Source: an uncultured Bacillales bacterium
GTDB lineage: Bacteria > Bacillota > Bacilli > Tepidibacillales > Tepidibacillaceae
Assembly: GCA_964551195.1 (NCBI GenBank)
Contig: CAZKBI010000004.1
Location: 4,189-68,188, forward strand
DNA length: 64,000 nucleotides
Direction: 5' to 3'
Under the pieces are notes generated by a model. That model worked only from the letters and a program-made list of their open reading frames with translations, was not told where the DNA came from and searched no databases. This document shows, piece by piece, positions 1 through 10,063 of the stretch. Made by a program: the position numbers and the translations under genes. The number at the start of each line of letters is the position of its first letter. Position 1 is the stretch's first letter.

Positions 1-188
1 GTAATCATCTGCTCGATTCTTTTTTGATCGCCAGAGCTTACATAGCCACCCTTGCGTGCTTTTCGTTTTTGTTTCTGACTTTTATTGCTAAGAAGATGGC
101 TTCTGTAAGCACTACCTCTTTTAATTTTGCCTGTGGCAGTCTTTTTAAATCTTTTAGCTGACCCTTTATGTGTTTTCATTTTAGGCAT
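1..188 (-). CDS. rpmI: 50S ribosomal protein L35 (3' end cut by window edge)
   Basis: ATG at 188 follows a GGAGGAGG RBS. It translates to [47 protein letters not shown]..., typical of L35. It lies directly downstream of infC, and about 4 codons run off the window. Confidence 0.9.
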   Translation of the reverse strand, partial: MPKMKTHKGSAKRFKKTATGKIKRGSAYRSHLLSNKSQKQKRKARKGGYVSSGDQKRIEQMI

Positions 189-213
189 TTATATGTCCTC
201 CTCCAAAATCAAT

Positions 214-726
214 TTATTTAGGCGCAACAATCATAATCATGCTTCTACCTTCAAGTCTAGGTCTTGATTCAACTATCCCTATTTCAGCTATCTCTTCTTC
301 CACACGCTTCAATAAATTCATGCCAATGTCCTGGTGTGTAATTTGACGCCCTCTGAATCTTACGGCAAATTTCACCTTGTCACCGGCTTTAAGAAATTTC
401 TGCGCATTTCTAAGTTTGGTCTGTAGGTCATGTTCATCAATCGTTGGACTAAACCTGATTTCTTTGGTACTTATGATTTTCTGATTCTTACGTGCTTCTT
501 TCTCTTTCTTCGTTTGCTCATATTTGAACTTACCGTAGTTCATAATACGACATACTGGTGGTTTTGCTTGTGGTGCAATATTGACTAGGTCTAAATCCTG
601 ATCCTCTGCAAGCTTTAAAGCTTCCTTAATCGGCATAATCCCAATCTGTTCACCGTCTGGTCCTATTACACGAACCTCACGAGCACGAATTTGCTCGTTA
701 ATATAATTCTCTTTGCTAATTGTCAT
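214..726 (-). CDS. infC: Translation initiation factor IF-3
   Basis: 170 aa; the N-terminus MTISKENYINEQIRAREVRVIGPDGEQ matches IF-3. Position follows the infC-rpmI operon order. Confidence 0.95.
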   Translation of the reverse strand: MTISKENYINEQIRAREVRVIGPDGEQIGIMPIKEALKLAEDQDLDLVNIAPQAKPPVCRIMNYGKFKYEQTKKEKEARKNQKIISTKEIRFSPTIDEHDLQTKLRNAQKFLKAGDKVKFAVRFRGRQITHQDIGMNLLKRVEEEIAEIGIVESRPRLEGRSMIMIVAPK

Positions 727-750
727 TCACCCCCGAATTAATTCCTAGTA

Positions 751-906
751 AAATAAAAAAGTGTGGACATATTACGCCCACACTCAATAATCAAAAGTTA
801 TATTAACCCAACGCCAGTAGCAGATAAGGTGAGAAGCGGGCGCTTCTGCTTTATTCAATATTTTATTTCACTTATGAAGTTTAACACGATAAATGTTAAC
901 TGTCAA
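751..906 (-). promoter_or_regulatory. infC operon promoter plus L20-type ribosomal-protein leader with attenuator terminator
   Basis: On the minus strand, TTGACA (906-901), a 17-nt spacer and TAAACT (883-878) lie just after the thrS stop. A GAAGCGCCCGCTTC hairpin follows, then a GTGTGGGCG...CCACAC stem (783-761) and a T-run (760-751) immediately before infC. This layout matches the L20-controlled infC leader of Bacilli; the assignment is from position and structure only. Confidence 0.55.
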
Positions 907-913
907 ACAAAAG

Positions 914-2818
914 TCACGATTTTGTTGCGATTTCTTGCAAGATATTCGTGATCAACTCTTTAGCTGGCTGTGTCCCTACATCACCCTGTTCCCTTTTGCG
1001 CACGGATATCACACGATCGTCTAATTCCTTATCACCTAGTACCAGCATATATGGTATCTTCTTTAGTTGCGCCTCGCGAATGCGATAACCGATCTTCTCA
1101 TTACGATCGTCTAATTCGACACGGATACCGGCTCCTTGCATCTGTTTAAATAACTCCTTGGCATACCCATTGTGTGGCTCAGCAATCGGTAGAATTACAG
1201 CCTGAACTGGCGCTAACCAAGTCGGAAAGGCACCAGCGTAATGTTCAATTAATAATGCCATAAAACGTTCCAAAGAACCATATACAACGCGGTGTATAAC
1301 TACCGGTGTATGACGCGAGTTGTCCTCGCCTATATAAGATAGGTCGAACTTTTCCGGCATTTGGAAATCAAGCTGAACCGTCCCCGCTTGCCAAGTGCGG
1401 CGTAGTGTATCGGACACATGGAAATCAATTTTAGGACCATAAAATGCGCCATCACCCTCATTAATTATATACTTAATTTTTTTGGTATCCAGGACATTCT
1501 TCAGTGCAGCAGTTGCCCGCTCCCAGAGCTCTTCTGAACCCATCGATTTTGCCGGACGAGTAGAAAGTTCAACATGATAAGTGAAACCAAATATTTTATA
1601 GAATTTATCGATTAAATCGATTACACCAGTTACCTCGCTCTCAATCTGGTCCGGACGACAAAAAATATGCGCATCATCCTGAGTAAAACTGCGTACCCGC
1701 AAGAGTCCGCTTAAGGCACCAGACATCTCGTGCCTGTGCACTAAGCCAAGCTCACCGTAGCGTATCGGTAAATCACGATAGCTATGCAGCTTAGTCTTGT
1801 AGGCTAACATGGAACCCGGACAGTTCATCGGTTTAATTGCGAATTCCGTATTATCAATTCTTGTAAAGTACATATTCTCATGATAATGCTCCCAGTGCCC
1901 TGACTGCTCCCAAAGCCGACGGTTTAGCATAATCGGTGTCTTAATTTCTTGGTAGCCTGCCTTCTGATGCTCATCACGCCATAGGTTTTCTAACTCGTTA
2001 CGAATCACCATCCCATTGGGATGATAAAAAGGCATGCCCGGAGCCTCTTCCGAGAAAGAAAATAAATCTAGTTCCTTGCCAAGTTTGCGATGATCACGTT
2101 TCTTCGCTTCCTCAAGAAAGTCCAAATACTCTTTTAACTCTGATTCCTTAAAGAAAGATGTTCCATAGATTCTTTGGAGCATTGGCCGATCAGAATCGCC
2201 ACGCCAATAAGCACCTGCAACACTTAATAATTTAAAGGCCTTAACTCCACTTGTTGACGGTAGATGCGGTCCACGGCAGAGGTCTACAAAATCACCCTGT
2301 CCATAAATCGAAATTTCAGCGTCCTCTGGTAGCTCCTTAATCAATTCTACTTTATAGCTCTCATCAGCATCTTCAAAAAGTTCTAGCGCCTCCTCGCGTG
2401 AAAGCACGCGCCTTTTGACTGGAACATTTTCATTTATAATCTTTTTCATCTCTTTTTCAATTTTCGTTAGATCCTCCGGCGTGAAAGATTCCGGATAGTC
2501 AATATCGTAATAGAAACCATCATCAATTGTTGGACCAATGCCAAACTTCGCCTCCGGATAAAGACGCGAAACTGCATGAGCCAATAAATGCGCAGAGCTA
2601 TGACGATAAATATCAAGTGCTTCCGGACTATCACTGGTGATAATCTCAAGTGCAGCGTCGTCAGTAATCGGCGTATAAATGTCAATTAAATGGTCGTCGA
2701 TTTTACCAGCTAATGCCCGTCTTCTTAACCCGGGACTGATTGAACCAGCGATCTCCTCAGTAGTAATTCCTTTGGCAAACTCCTTAATATCTCCATTCGG
2801 AAAAGTTATTTTAATCAT
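914..2818 (-). CDS. thrS: Threonine--tRNA ligase
   Basis: The product starts MIKITFPNGDIKEF (TGS domain) and carries a class II aaRS core. I moved the start to the ATG at 2818 (residue 33 of the track ORF), which follows a GGGGGAG RBS. The upstream 32 codons of the track ORF are the T-box terminator read as protein. Confidence 0.95.
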   Translation of the reverse strand: MIKITFPNGDIKEFAKGITTEEIAGSISPGLRRRALAGKIDDHLIDIYTPITDDAALEIITSDSPEALDIYRHSSAHLLAHAVSRLYPEAKFGIGPTIDDGFYYDIDYPESFTPEDLTKIEKEMKKIINENVPVKRRVLSREEALELFEDADESYKVELIKELPEDAEISIYGQGDFVDLCRGPHLPSTSGVKAFKLLSVAGAYWRGDSDRPMLQRIYGTSFFKESELKEYLDFLEEAKKRDHRKLGKELDLFSFSEEAPGMPFYHPNGMVIRNELENLWRDEHQKAGYQEIKTPIMLNRRLWEQSGHWEHYHENMYFTRIDNTEFAIKPMNCPGSMLAYKTKLHSYRDLPIRYGELGLVHRHEMSGALSGLLRVRSFTQDDAHIFCRPDQIESEVTGVIDLIDKFYKIFGFTYHVELSTRPAKSMGSEELWERATAALKNVLDTKKIKYIINEGDGAFYGPKIDFHVSDTLRRTWQAGTVQLDFQMPEKFDLSYIGEDNSRHTPVVIHRVVYGSLERFMALLIEHYAGAFPTWLAPVQAVILPIAEPHNGYAKELFKQMQGAGIRVELDDRNEKIGYRIREAQLKKIPYMLVLGDKELDDRVISVRKREQGDVGTQPAKELITNILQEIATKS

Positions 2819-2845
2819 TTTATTCTTTCTCCCCCTTAGCTTATT

Positions 2846-3100
2846 AAAAAACAAAAAACATGCATCAAATCCCCCATGGGACGATTGCATGTCGTGGTTC
2901 CACCCAAATTCCACCTATTGCTAGGCACTCATTGATGATGATAACGGTTACTAACCGGTAGTTGCTACTTCACTTCACAACAACTGCTCCTCGGTGGTAA
3001 GTAATCAGGCCCAGCTAAGAATCTTTCAGCTACTGATTCTCTCTCTTTTGCTAGCGTTTGTTACCCATGTCCTACTCATCGCATTTATTAACTCTCTATT
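2846..3100 (-). promoter_or_regulatory. T-box leader (threonine specifier) controlling thrS
   Basis: The minus strand has the conserved T-box sequence AATTTGGGTGGAACCACG (2910-2893), overlapping the 5' arm of a terminator hairpin CATGCAATCG...TGATGCATG (2891-2859) followed by TTTTTTGTTTTTT. Upstream are AGAGAGA/GA-type stem I elements and an ACC-A candidate Thr specifier near 2993-2998. Confidence 0.8.
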
Positions 3101-3107
3101 TGTAATA

Positions 3108-3136
3108 ATTATAAGGTTGCATCTTTAATTAGTCAA
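3108..3136 (-). promoter_or_regulatory. sigmaA-type promoter of the thrS T-box leader
   Basis: Minus strand: TTGACT (3136-3131), a 17-nt spacer, then TATAAT (3113-3108). Confidence 0.6.
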
Positions 3137-3137
3137 G

Positions 3138-4256
3138 TTACATTACGAAATCCTGATCCACCTGTTCACCTTCAGCAAAAATACGCAGAATTTCATAGCG
3201 CGTATTCCTTTGCGCCGGTATAAAACCTGCTAAACGAATTTGCTCCAACACTTGATTAGTATTCACCTTAAACTCTGTGCCAGCTGCGGCTACAACATTC
3301 TCTTCCATCATGGTACTACCGAAATCATTACAACCGTAGTGAAGCGATTGACGTCCAACCTCAGCCCCCATGGTTACCCAGGAAGATTGGATATTTGGAA
3401 TATTATCAAGGAATAACCGACTAATTGCTACCAGACGTAAATACTCTTCTGGCGTAACCTTTGAGTAAGCCTTCTTAGAAGCTAACTCCGTATTGTCAGG
3501 CTGGAATGTCCAAGGGATAAAGGCAAGAAAACCAGCTGTTTCATCCTGTGTTGTGCGTAAACGAGCTAAATGAAGAATTCTTTCATAGAGCGTTTCACCC
3601 AGACCGATTACCATCGTTCCGGTCGTACTTAAACCTAAGCTAATAGCAGTCTTCATAACATGCATCCATGTCTCCCAGGAGCCTTTCTTAAGACTAATTT
3701 CTAATCTAATCCGGTCATCAAGGATCTCCGCACCAGCGCCAGGCAATGAATCTAATCCAGCCTCATTGAGCTGACTAATTACCGATTCAAGTGGCTCTTT
3801 AGATTTCTCAACCATTTTCAGAATTTCTGCAGTTGAAAAGCTATGAATATGAACCCCGGGATAGTTTTCCTTAATTGTGCGCAGAAGTTTCAAATAGTAG
3901 CTTAGCGGTAATCCTGGATGCGTGCCACCTTGCATCAGAATCTCAGTTCCACCAACATCAACTAGCTCCTGCACCTTTTCCAAAATAGCCGGCGTCGAAA
4001 GCACATAGCCACCCACCTCGCCCGGCTTCTTATGAAAAGCACAGAAACTACAGCCCGTATCGCAGACATTAGAATAGTTTATATTTCGTCCAATCACAAA
4101 AGTCACCAGCGGTCCCGGATGTAACTCTTGCCTAATCTGATGTGCAACCTCACCTAATCGCTCAAGTGGCGCCTGCTCGTAAAGAAATAAGCCCTCTTCT
4201 TCAGAAAGCCGTTCTCCCTCAATTCTCTTCTGCAAAAGTTCTTCTACTCTTTCCAT
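3138..4256 (-). CDS. Radical SAM enzyme of the MqnC/MqnE/CofH family (futalosine-pathway type)
   Basis: 372 aa with the NINYSNVCDTGCSFCAF CxxxCxxC cluster. The overall pattern (GGTHP, LPGAGAEIL, IPWTFQP, NDFGSTMMEENV) is typical of MqnC/MqnE-like proteins. An AGGAGAG RBS precedes the start. Confidence 0.7.
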   Translation of the reverse strand: MERVEELLQKRIEGERLSEEEGLFLYEQAPLERLGEVAHQIRQELHPGPLVTFVIGRNINYSNVCDTGCSFCAFHKKPGEVGGYVLSTPAILEKVQELVDVGGTEILMQGGTHPGLPLSYYLKLLRTIKENYPGVHIHSFSTAEILKMVEKSKEPLESVISQLNEAGLDSLPGAGAEILDDRIRLEISLKKGSWETWMHVMKTAISLGLSTTGTMVIGLGETLYERILHLARLRTTQDETAGFLAFIPWTFQPDNTELASKKAYSKVTPEEYLRLVAISRLFLDNIPNIQSSWVTMGAEVGRQSLHYGCNDFGSTMMEENVVAAAGTEFKVNTNQVLEQIRLAGFIPAQRNTRYEILRIFAEGEQVDQDFVM

Positions 4257-4333
4257 ATTTCTCTCCTAAACCGATATTTTACACGTCTAACTTGTTCAAG
4301 CATCCAGCTTGTTCCTGCGCTTAGCTCAAGCGC

Positions 4334-5017
4334 TTATTCGATCCGCCAGTCTATCTCCTGCTCACCTAGTTCACGCAGTATTTCATTGGTTTGCGAAAAG
4401 TGGCGTGAACCGAAAAATCCACGATGGGCAGAGAGCGGACTAGGATGCGCTGCACTTAGTATGTAGTGATGAGAAGCGGAGATTTGCTTAGCTTTTGCCT
4501 GAGCATTGCGTCCCCACAGAATAAAAATAATCGGTTCCTGACGTTTATTAAGAACGTCAATTACCCGATCTGTAAACTGTTCCCAGCCAAGCTTCTTATG
4601 AGAATTGGGCTGCCCCTCGCGAACAGTTAATATTGTATTTAACAAAAGGACTCCTTGCTTTGCCCATTTGGTCAGGTTACCACTTATCGAAATCGGTAGA
4701 CCTAAATCCTGATTTAACTCGCGGAAGATGTTTCGTAGTGAAGGCGGTAAGGTCTCTCCTTCCTTAACGGAGAAAGCTAAACCATGTGCCTGTCCAACAC
4801 CATGATAGGGATCCTGCCCGATTATCACAAGGCGGGTCTCCTCATAGGATGTCAGATTCAGTGCAGTAAAGATTTCGCCTATTGCCGGATAAATTGTATG
4901 TCCCACATACTCCGCTTCTAGCTTAGCAGCTAACTCAATAAAGTACGTTTCAGTCAATTCACTTTTTAGAATCTCTGACCAATCATTTCGTGGCCAGTTT
5001 GCAAGCATTCTCTGCAT
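4334..5017 (-). CDS. ung: Uracil-DNA glycosylase
   Basis: Contains the family-1 UDG motifs GQDPYHG and HPSPLSA. Confidence 0.95.
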   Translation of the reverse strand: MQRMLANWPRNDWSEILKSELTETYFIELAAKLEAEYVGHTIYPAIGEIFTALNLTSYEETRLVIIGQDPYHGVGQAHGLAFSVKEGETLPPSLRNIFRELNQDLGLPISISGNLTKWAKQGVLLLNTILTVREGQPNSHKKLGWEQFTDRVIDVLNKRQEPIIFILWGRNAQAKAKQISASHHYILSAAHPSPLSAHRGFFGSRHFSQTNEILRELGEQEIDWRIE

Positions 5018-5030
5018 AGGTTTTCCTTCT

Positions 5031-5654
5031 TTACTTTCTTCTAGTCTTCAACTCATCCTTAATTTCTTCAATGCTCACATTCTCATGCGCCATCAGTACC
5101 AGTAGATGATAGACTAAGTCACTAATTTCATAGATTAATTCATCTTTATCGTCGCCCTTAGCAGCGATAATTATCTCGCTACTTTCTTCGCCAATCTTCT
5201 TCAGAATTTTATCAAGTCCAGTTGAGAGAAGATAGTTAGTATAGGAATCTTCACCAGGATTATTTCTGCGCTCCTCAATAATCGCATAAAGTTCTTGCAG
5301 AATATGAGTTGATTCGCTTTCATCGGCAATCACTGGGTTAAAAAAGCAAGAAAACTCGCCCGTATGACAAGCCACGCCTGTTTGTTTAACCTTAAGTAGC
5401 ACGGTATCAGCGTCACAGTCATAATATAAACCCTTGAGTTCCTGAATATTACCAGATGTTGCACCCTTCTTCCAGAGTTCTTGCCGACTACGACTATAAT
5501 AGTAGACCTCTTTCTCCTTAAGCGTTCTTTGGAGCGCTTCTGCATTCTGATAAGCAAGCATCAGCACTTCTCCTGTCCGATAATCTTGAGCGATCGCAGG
5601 CACTAAACCAGCCTCATTAAATTTAATTTTTCCAATCAATTCATCGTACTTCAT
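5031..5654 (-). CDS. hisIE: Bifunctional phosphoribosyl-AMP cyclohydrolase / phosphoribosyl-ATP pyrophosphatase
   Basis: 207 aa with an N-terminal HisI part (LVPAIAQD..., CHTGE.SCF) and a C-terminal HisE part. It is the last gene of the his operon. Confidence 0.9.
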   Translation of the reverse strand: MKYDELIGKIKFNEAGLVPAIAQDYRTGEVLMLAYQNAEALQRTLKEKEVYYYSRSRQELWKKGATSGNIQELKGLYYDCDADTVLLKVKQTGVACHTGEFSCFFNPVIADESESTHILQELYAIIEERRNNPGEDSYTNYLLSTGLDKILKKIGEESSEIIIAAKGDDKDELIYEISDLVYHLLVLMAHENVSIEEIKDELKTRRK

Positions 5655-5662
5655 ATGTCACC

Positions 5663-7156
5663 TCAGTTTCTGACCTTTACACCCTTAGACTTAAGATATT
5701 CTTTAAGATCCTTTATTTGAATCTCACCAGAATGAAAGACGGAAGCAGCAAGTAATCCACCAACCTTAGCTTCAGCAACAGCTTCATAGAAATGCTCCAG
5801 TTTACCGGCACCGCCAGAAGCAATTATCGGCACATTTACTGCAGATGTAATCTCTTTTAGTAGTTCAATATCATATCCGTCCCTCATGCCGTCACCATCA
5901 ATGCTATTAACAACAATCTCACCTGCTCCAAGTTCTACTGCTTTTCTTACCCACTCAATCGCATCCACACCAGTGTCCTCTTGGCCACCCTTGGCATAGA
6001 TATTCCAAGTACCATTTTCCTTACGTTTAACATCGATTGCCACGACAACTGTTCCAGACCCATATTCAACTGAGGCCGCAGTAATCAGTTCTGGGTTTTT
6101 TAGAGCTGCGGAGTTGATTGAAATTTTGTCAGCCCCAAGCACAAGTAAATCAGCAAAATCATTTAAATTAGCAACACCGCCGCCCACTGTAAAAGGTATA
6201 TCTACCTTTTCAGCAACCTTCCTAATAAATTCACGGGCTGGTGCGCGCCCCTCGATACTAGCTGTTATATCGTAGAAAACAAGTTCGTCGGCACCACTTT
6301 TGTTATAGAATTCAGCCAGAATTTCTGGACTATCAATATCCCTAATGTCTACAAATTGCTTGCCTTTAACGACGCGCCCATTACGGACATCCATACAAGG
6401 TATAATTCGAACATAATCAGTTAGGTCCACTTCATCTAGCGGATTTATCTTCTCTAGCGCTTGGGCTAAATCTATTTGCTGATTATATAAGGCCTTACCG
6501 ATAATACAGCCATACATTCCCGTTTCAGCCAGCTTAACAATATCTGAAAGCTCTGACACGCCGCCAGATGCGATTATCTTAAGTCCAGTCTGCTTTTGCA
6601 GAGTCTGATATATTTCAAAATTCGGCCCCTCTAACATGCCATCCTTCGAAATATCGGTATAAACAATTATCTCAAGGCCGATACTCTCCAATTCCTTACA
6701 AAATTCCAGAGAACCGACATTGCTTATAACCTCCCAACCATGAACAGCAACATAGCCATCTTTGGCATCAACACCGACAACAATCCGGTCGCTACCAAAT
6801 TCAGCAAGTAACTCGACAATTAAGTTTCTGTTCTCAATCGCAGCGGTTCCAAGAATGACACGTGCCACACCAAGTGAGAGCAGCTCGCGTGCCCGCTCAG
6901 CTGTCCTAATTCCACCACCAACCTGAACTGGTATCGAAATCCCACGCGTAATCTTCTCAATCGTATCGCGATTTACGGCAAAATCTCCTCGCGCTCCATC
7001 TAAATCAACAAGGTGCAAGTACTTAGCCCCCTGTCTTTCCCATTCAAGCGCCATCTTCAGCGGATCATCGGAATAGACTGTCTGCTGCGAATAATCGCCT
7101 TGGGTTAAACGAACACATTGATTGTCCTTTAGGTCAATTGCGGGTAATAGTAACAT
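5663..7156 (-). CDS. hisAF: Fused HisA (ProFAR isomerase) - HisF (IGP synthase cyclase subunit)
   Basis: 497 aa. Residues 1-236 are HisA-like ([17 protein letters not shown]). A short linker follows, and residues about 249-497 are HisF-like ([16 protein letters not shown] ... VFHSGEI). Confidence 0.9.
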   Translation of the reverse strand: MLLLPAIDLKDNQCVRLTQGDYSQQTVYSDDPLKMALEWERQGAKYLHLVDLDGARGDFAVNRDTIEKITRGISIPVQVGGGIRTAERARELLSLGVARVILGTAAIENRNLIVELLAEFGSDRIVVGVDAKDGYVAVHGWEVISNVGSLEFCKELESIGLEIIVYTDISKDGMLEGPNFEIYQTLQKQTGLKIIASGGVSELSDIVKLAETGMYGCIIGKALYNQQIDLAQALEKINPLDEVDLTDYVRIIPCMDVRNGRVVKGKQFVDIRDIDSPEILAEFYNKSGADELVFYDITASIEGRAPAREFIRKVAEKVDIPFTVGGGVANLNDFADLLVLGADKISINSAALKNPELITAASVEYGSGTVVVAIDVKRKENGTWNIYAKGGQEDTGVDAIEWVRKAVELGAGEIVVNSIDGDGMRDGYDIELLKEITSAVNVPIIASGGAGKLEHFYEAVAEAKVGGLLAASVFHSGEIQIKDLKEYLKSKGVKVRN

Positions 7157-7735
7157 CTATAACATTCCTTTGGATGATGAAACTTGATCAGAAACGATTC
7201 GGACGCCCTTGTCTAAAGCACGGGCAAAAGCTTTAAAACAAGCTTCAATCGCATGATGATCATTTTCAGCATAGCTTAAATTTATGTGCAAGGTGATGCG
7301 AGCCTCATTAACAAAAGCACGGAAAAACTCCTTGAAATTCTGTGTATCAATTTCACCAATTTTCTCAGCCTTAAAGTCAATATTATAGACGAGATATGGA
7401 CGATTGCTAATATCTACAGCAACATTGCAAAGTGCCTCGTCCATTGGTAGCGCAATATCTGAATAGCGCTGAATCCCTCTTTTGTCGCCAAGCGCCTGTA
7501 CAAAAGCCTGTCCCAGAACAATGCCGATATCCTCAACTGAGTGATGATCATCAACAAACGTATCGCCGCTGCAAGCAACCTTTAAGTCAAAATTACCGTG
7601 AAATGCAAATAGTGTCAGCATGTGGTCAAGAAAACCAACTCCTGTCTCTATCTCCGCTTGCCCTCTTCCATCAAGATTTAGTTCAAGCGTAATTGTCGTC
7701 TCAGCTGTCTTTCTTTCAATTTTAGCTTTTCTCAT
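7157..7735 (-). CDS. hisB: Imidazoleglycerol-phosphate dehydratase
   Basis: Contains IGPD motifs (RKTAETTITLELNLDG, HHSVEDIGI). I placed the start at the ATG at 7735; the track start at 7744 is a TTG. Confidence 0.9.
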   Translation of the reverse strand: MRKAKIERKTAETTITLELNLDGRGQAEIETGVGFLDHMLTLFAFHGNFDLKVACSGDTFVDDHHSVEDIGIVLGQAFVQALGDKRGIQRYSDIALPMDEALCNVAVDISNRPYLVYNIDFKAEKIGEIDTQNFKEFFRAFVNEARITLHINLSYAENDHHAIEACFKAFARALDKGVRIVSDQVSSSKGML

Positions 7736-8774
7736 TTCCCACAATCCTTTCTACAATTTCTATAAATGCATTATTATCAGCACAATCACCAACTGTAATT
7801 CGGTAGAAACCACTCATCTGTGAGCTATAGTCACGGATCTGAATTCCCTCCGCTCCAACCTTTTCTCCAAAGGCCGGAATCAGCGTATGCACAAAAACAA
7901 AATTGCCGTAGGACTTATAGGTGGTGAATCCAAGTTCTTTTAGACGCTCAGCAAGGCGGGTGCGCTCGCTTTTGACCGTTTCTGCATAGGTTAAAAGTTG
8001 GTCGCGATGTTTAACTCCTAAAATCGCCAGATATTGCGACAAATTGCTCGTATTATATGGCGTTCTAATACCATCAATAATACCTGCTAATTTCTTATTA
8101 GCAATCAGGTAGCCAATTCGCAAGCCAGCAAGGCCAAAAGCCTTAGAAAGTGTACGCAGAATAATGAGGTTATCATAATAATTTACCTGATCAATTATTG
8201 ACTCACCACAGAACTCATAATAGGCTTCATCAATCACGACCATGCAATCAACGCTCTCAATTAGCTTAATTAGGTCATTGCGTGGTGTTAGATAGCCACT
8301 AGGGTTGTTGGGATTAGCAATAAAAATGATGTCCGGCTTTAAATCCTGAGCCTCGGCAATTAGTTTATCGTAATCAAACGAGAAATCCGGCTCACTCTCA
8401 ATCCCCACAAACTTTCCGCCATAAATCTGTGTAAAGACAGAGTACATATGGAAAGTCGGCAGGAAGCTCATTACAGTTCCGCCTGGCTCAAGAAAGGTTT
8501 TGAGAACTGTCTCCAAAAGCTCGTTAGAACCATTGCCAATCACAATATTGTCCCAAGAATAGCCTACATATTCAGCTAGTTCTGCTCGTAACTCGTATGC
8601 CATGCTGTCAGGATAAAGATTAAGTTCATGGCTACTATCTAATAGAATGCCATCAGGAAATGCCAACTCAAGTAGCAGGTTCTTTCCTTCGTTCGCATCA
8701 AGTTTTATTTCACAGGGCGCCTGTTTTGGTACATAGCCCTTAAAGTCTTGTAAATCTTTTCTAACACACTTCAT
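7722..8774 (-). CDS. hisC: Histidinol-phosphate aminotransferase
   Basis: Class II aminotransferase with the LSKAFGLAGLRIGY PLP-lysine motif. The ATG at 8774 overlaps the hisD stop (ATGA). Confidence 0.9.
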   Translation of the reverse strand: MKCVRKDLQDFKGYVPKQAPCEIKLDANEGKNLLLELAFPDGILLDSSHELNLYPDSMAYELRAELAEYVGYSWDNIVIGNGSNELLETVLKTFLEPGGTVMSFLPTFHMYSVFTQIYGGKFVGIESEPDFSFDYDKLIAEAQDLKPDIIFIANPNNPSGYLTPRNDLIKLIESVDCMVVIDEAYYEFCGESIIDQVNYYDNLIILRTLSKAFGLAGLRIGYLIANKKLAGIIDGIRTPYNTSNLSQYLAILGVKHRDQLLTYAETVKSERTRLAERLKELGFTTYKSYGNFVFVHTLIPAFGEKVGAEGIQIRDYSSQMSGFYRITVGDCADNNAFIEIVERIVGNEKS

Positions 8775-10063
8775 CAATCTTCCTCCTCAAATCTAATTCT
8801 CACGGAATTTGCGTGACCAGTTAAGCCTTCATCCGTAGCGATTCTAATAATCGCTTCTTTCGCGGTAGCTAGTGCAGTCTTATTATAATAAATTAACGAA
8901 CTTTTTTTAATAAAATCATCAACAGAAAGCGGTGATGAAAAACGTGCTGTTGAACTCGTCGGCAGCGTATGGTTAGGACCAGCATAATAGTCGCCAACTG
9001 GCTCTGGTGTGTATTCTCCCAAGAAAATTGCACCGGCATTATCAATGCTCTTACTAAGCTCAAGTGGATCAACCGTCATTATCTCCAGGTGCTCTGGCGC
9101 GATTTGATTAGCAATTGCCACCGCACTATCAAGTGTGTCTGTTATAATAATCTGTCCATAATCAGCAAGCGATTGCGCGATGAAGTCTACGCGCTCAAGA
9201 AGCGCCGTCTGTTGTTTAAGCTCTTCCTTAACAGCACTTGCTAAGTCAGATGATGTTGTAATCAGAATCGCCGCAGCCAGAACATCATGTTCTGCCTGCG
9301 ATATTAAATCGGCAGCTACATAACGTGGATTAGCCGTTTCGTCGGCAATGATTAGGATCTCACTCGGTCCAGCAATCATGTCGATACCAACATATCCCGA
9401 AACTTGTTTTTTCGCCATCGCAACATAGATATTGCCAGGCCCAACTATTTTGTCAACACGAGGCACTGATTCACTGCCATAGGTTAAGGCAGCTATCGCC
9501 TGTGCACCACCTAATTTAAAAATACGATCAACACCAGCAAGCTTGGCCGCAACAAGAATTGCTGCTTTAATGCTACCATCTTTTGCTGGTGGGGTTACCA
9601 TAATTATCTCTTTAACTCCAGCAATTTTGGCTGGAACAACATTCATTAGAACGGTTGATGAATAGGCTGCAGTGCCGCCAGGGACATAGACTCCCACCTT
9701 AGCAATCGGCTTAACCAATTGCCCAACATAGGATCCATCGGCATTCTCTAATATATATGGTTCACGTAGCTGCGCCCGATGGAAACGAGCAATATTTTCT
9801 TTTGCCGCCTCTAAGGCTGCTAAAAGTTCTGGCTCAATCTCACGGTAAGCTCCGGCAATCTCTTCTGCCGTAACCTCCAATTCGGTAAGTTTGGCACCAT
9901 CAAATTTTTCGGTATAGTCAAAAAGCGCTTCATCGCCCTTATCCTTAACATTCTTCAGAATACAGCTGACAGTCTGATTTACTTCCTCATTCTCAAACTG
10001 GTTACGTGCAAGTAATCGCTCCAAGTAACTGTCATCTTTTGTCGCTTCAATTATTCTAATCAT
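8774..10063 (-). CDS. hisD: Histidinol dehydrogenase
   Basis: HisD pattern present (QAEHD, PEHLE, GDYYAGPNHTLPT). I placed the start at the ATG at 10063, after a GGTGAG RBS; the track start is a TTG. Confidence 0.9.
   Translation of the reverse strand: MIRIIEATKDDSYLERLLARNQFENEEVNQTVSCILKNVKDKGDEALFDYTEKFDGAKLTELEVTAEEIAGAYREIEPELLAALEAAKENIARFHRAQLREPYILENADGSYVGQLVKPIAKVGVYVPGGTAAYSSTVLMNVVPAKIAGVKEIIMVTPPAKDGSIKAAILVAAKLAGVDRIFKLGGAQAIAALTYGSESVPRVDKIVGPGNIYVAMAKKQVSGYVGIDMIAGPSEILIIADETANPRYVAADLISQAEHDVLAAAILITTSSDLASAVKEELKQQTALLERVDFIAQSLADYGQIIITDTLDSAVAIANQIAPEHLEIMTVDPLELSKSIDNAGAIFLGEYTPEPVGDYYAGPNHTLPTSSTARFSSPLSVDDFIKKSSLIYYNKTALATAKEAIIRIATDEGLTGHANSVRIRFEEED

Noticed and set aside
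2819-2914. N-terminal 32-codon extension of the thrS ORF in the track (MEFGWNHDMQSSHGGFDACFLFFNKLRGRKNK)
   Set aside because: This stretch is the T-box conserved sequence, terminator hairpin and T-run read as protein. A GGGGGAG RBS precedes the ATG at 2818, and the product then starts like other ThrRS proteins.
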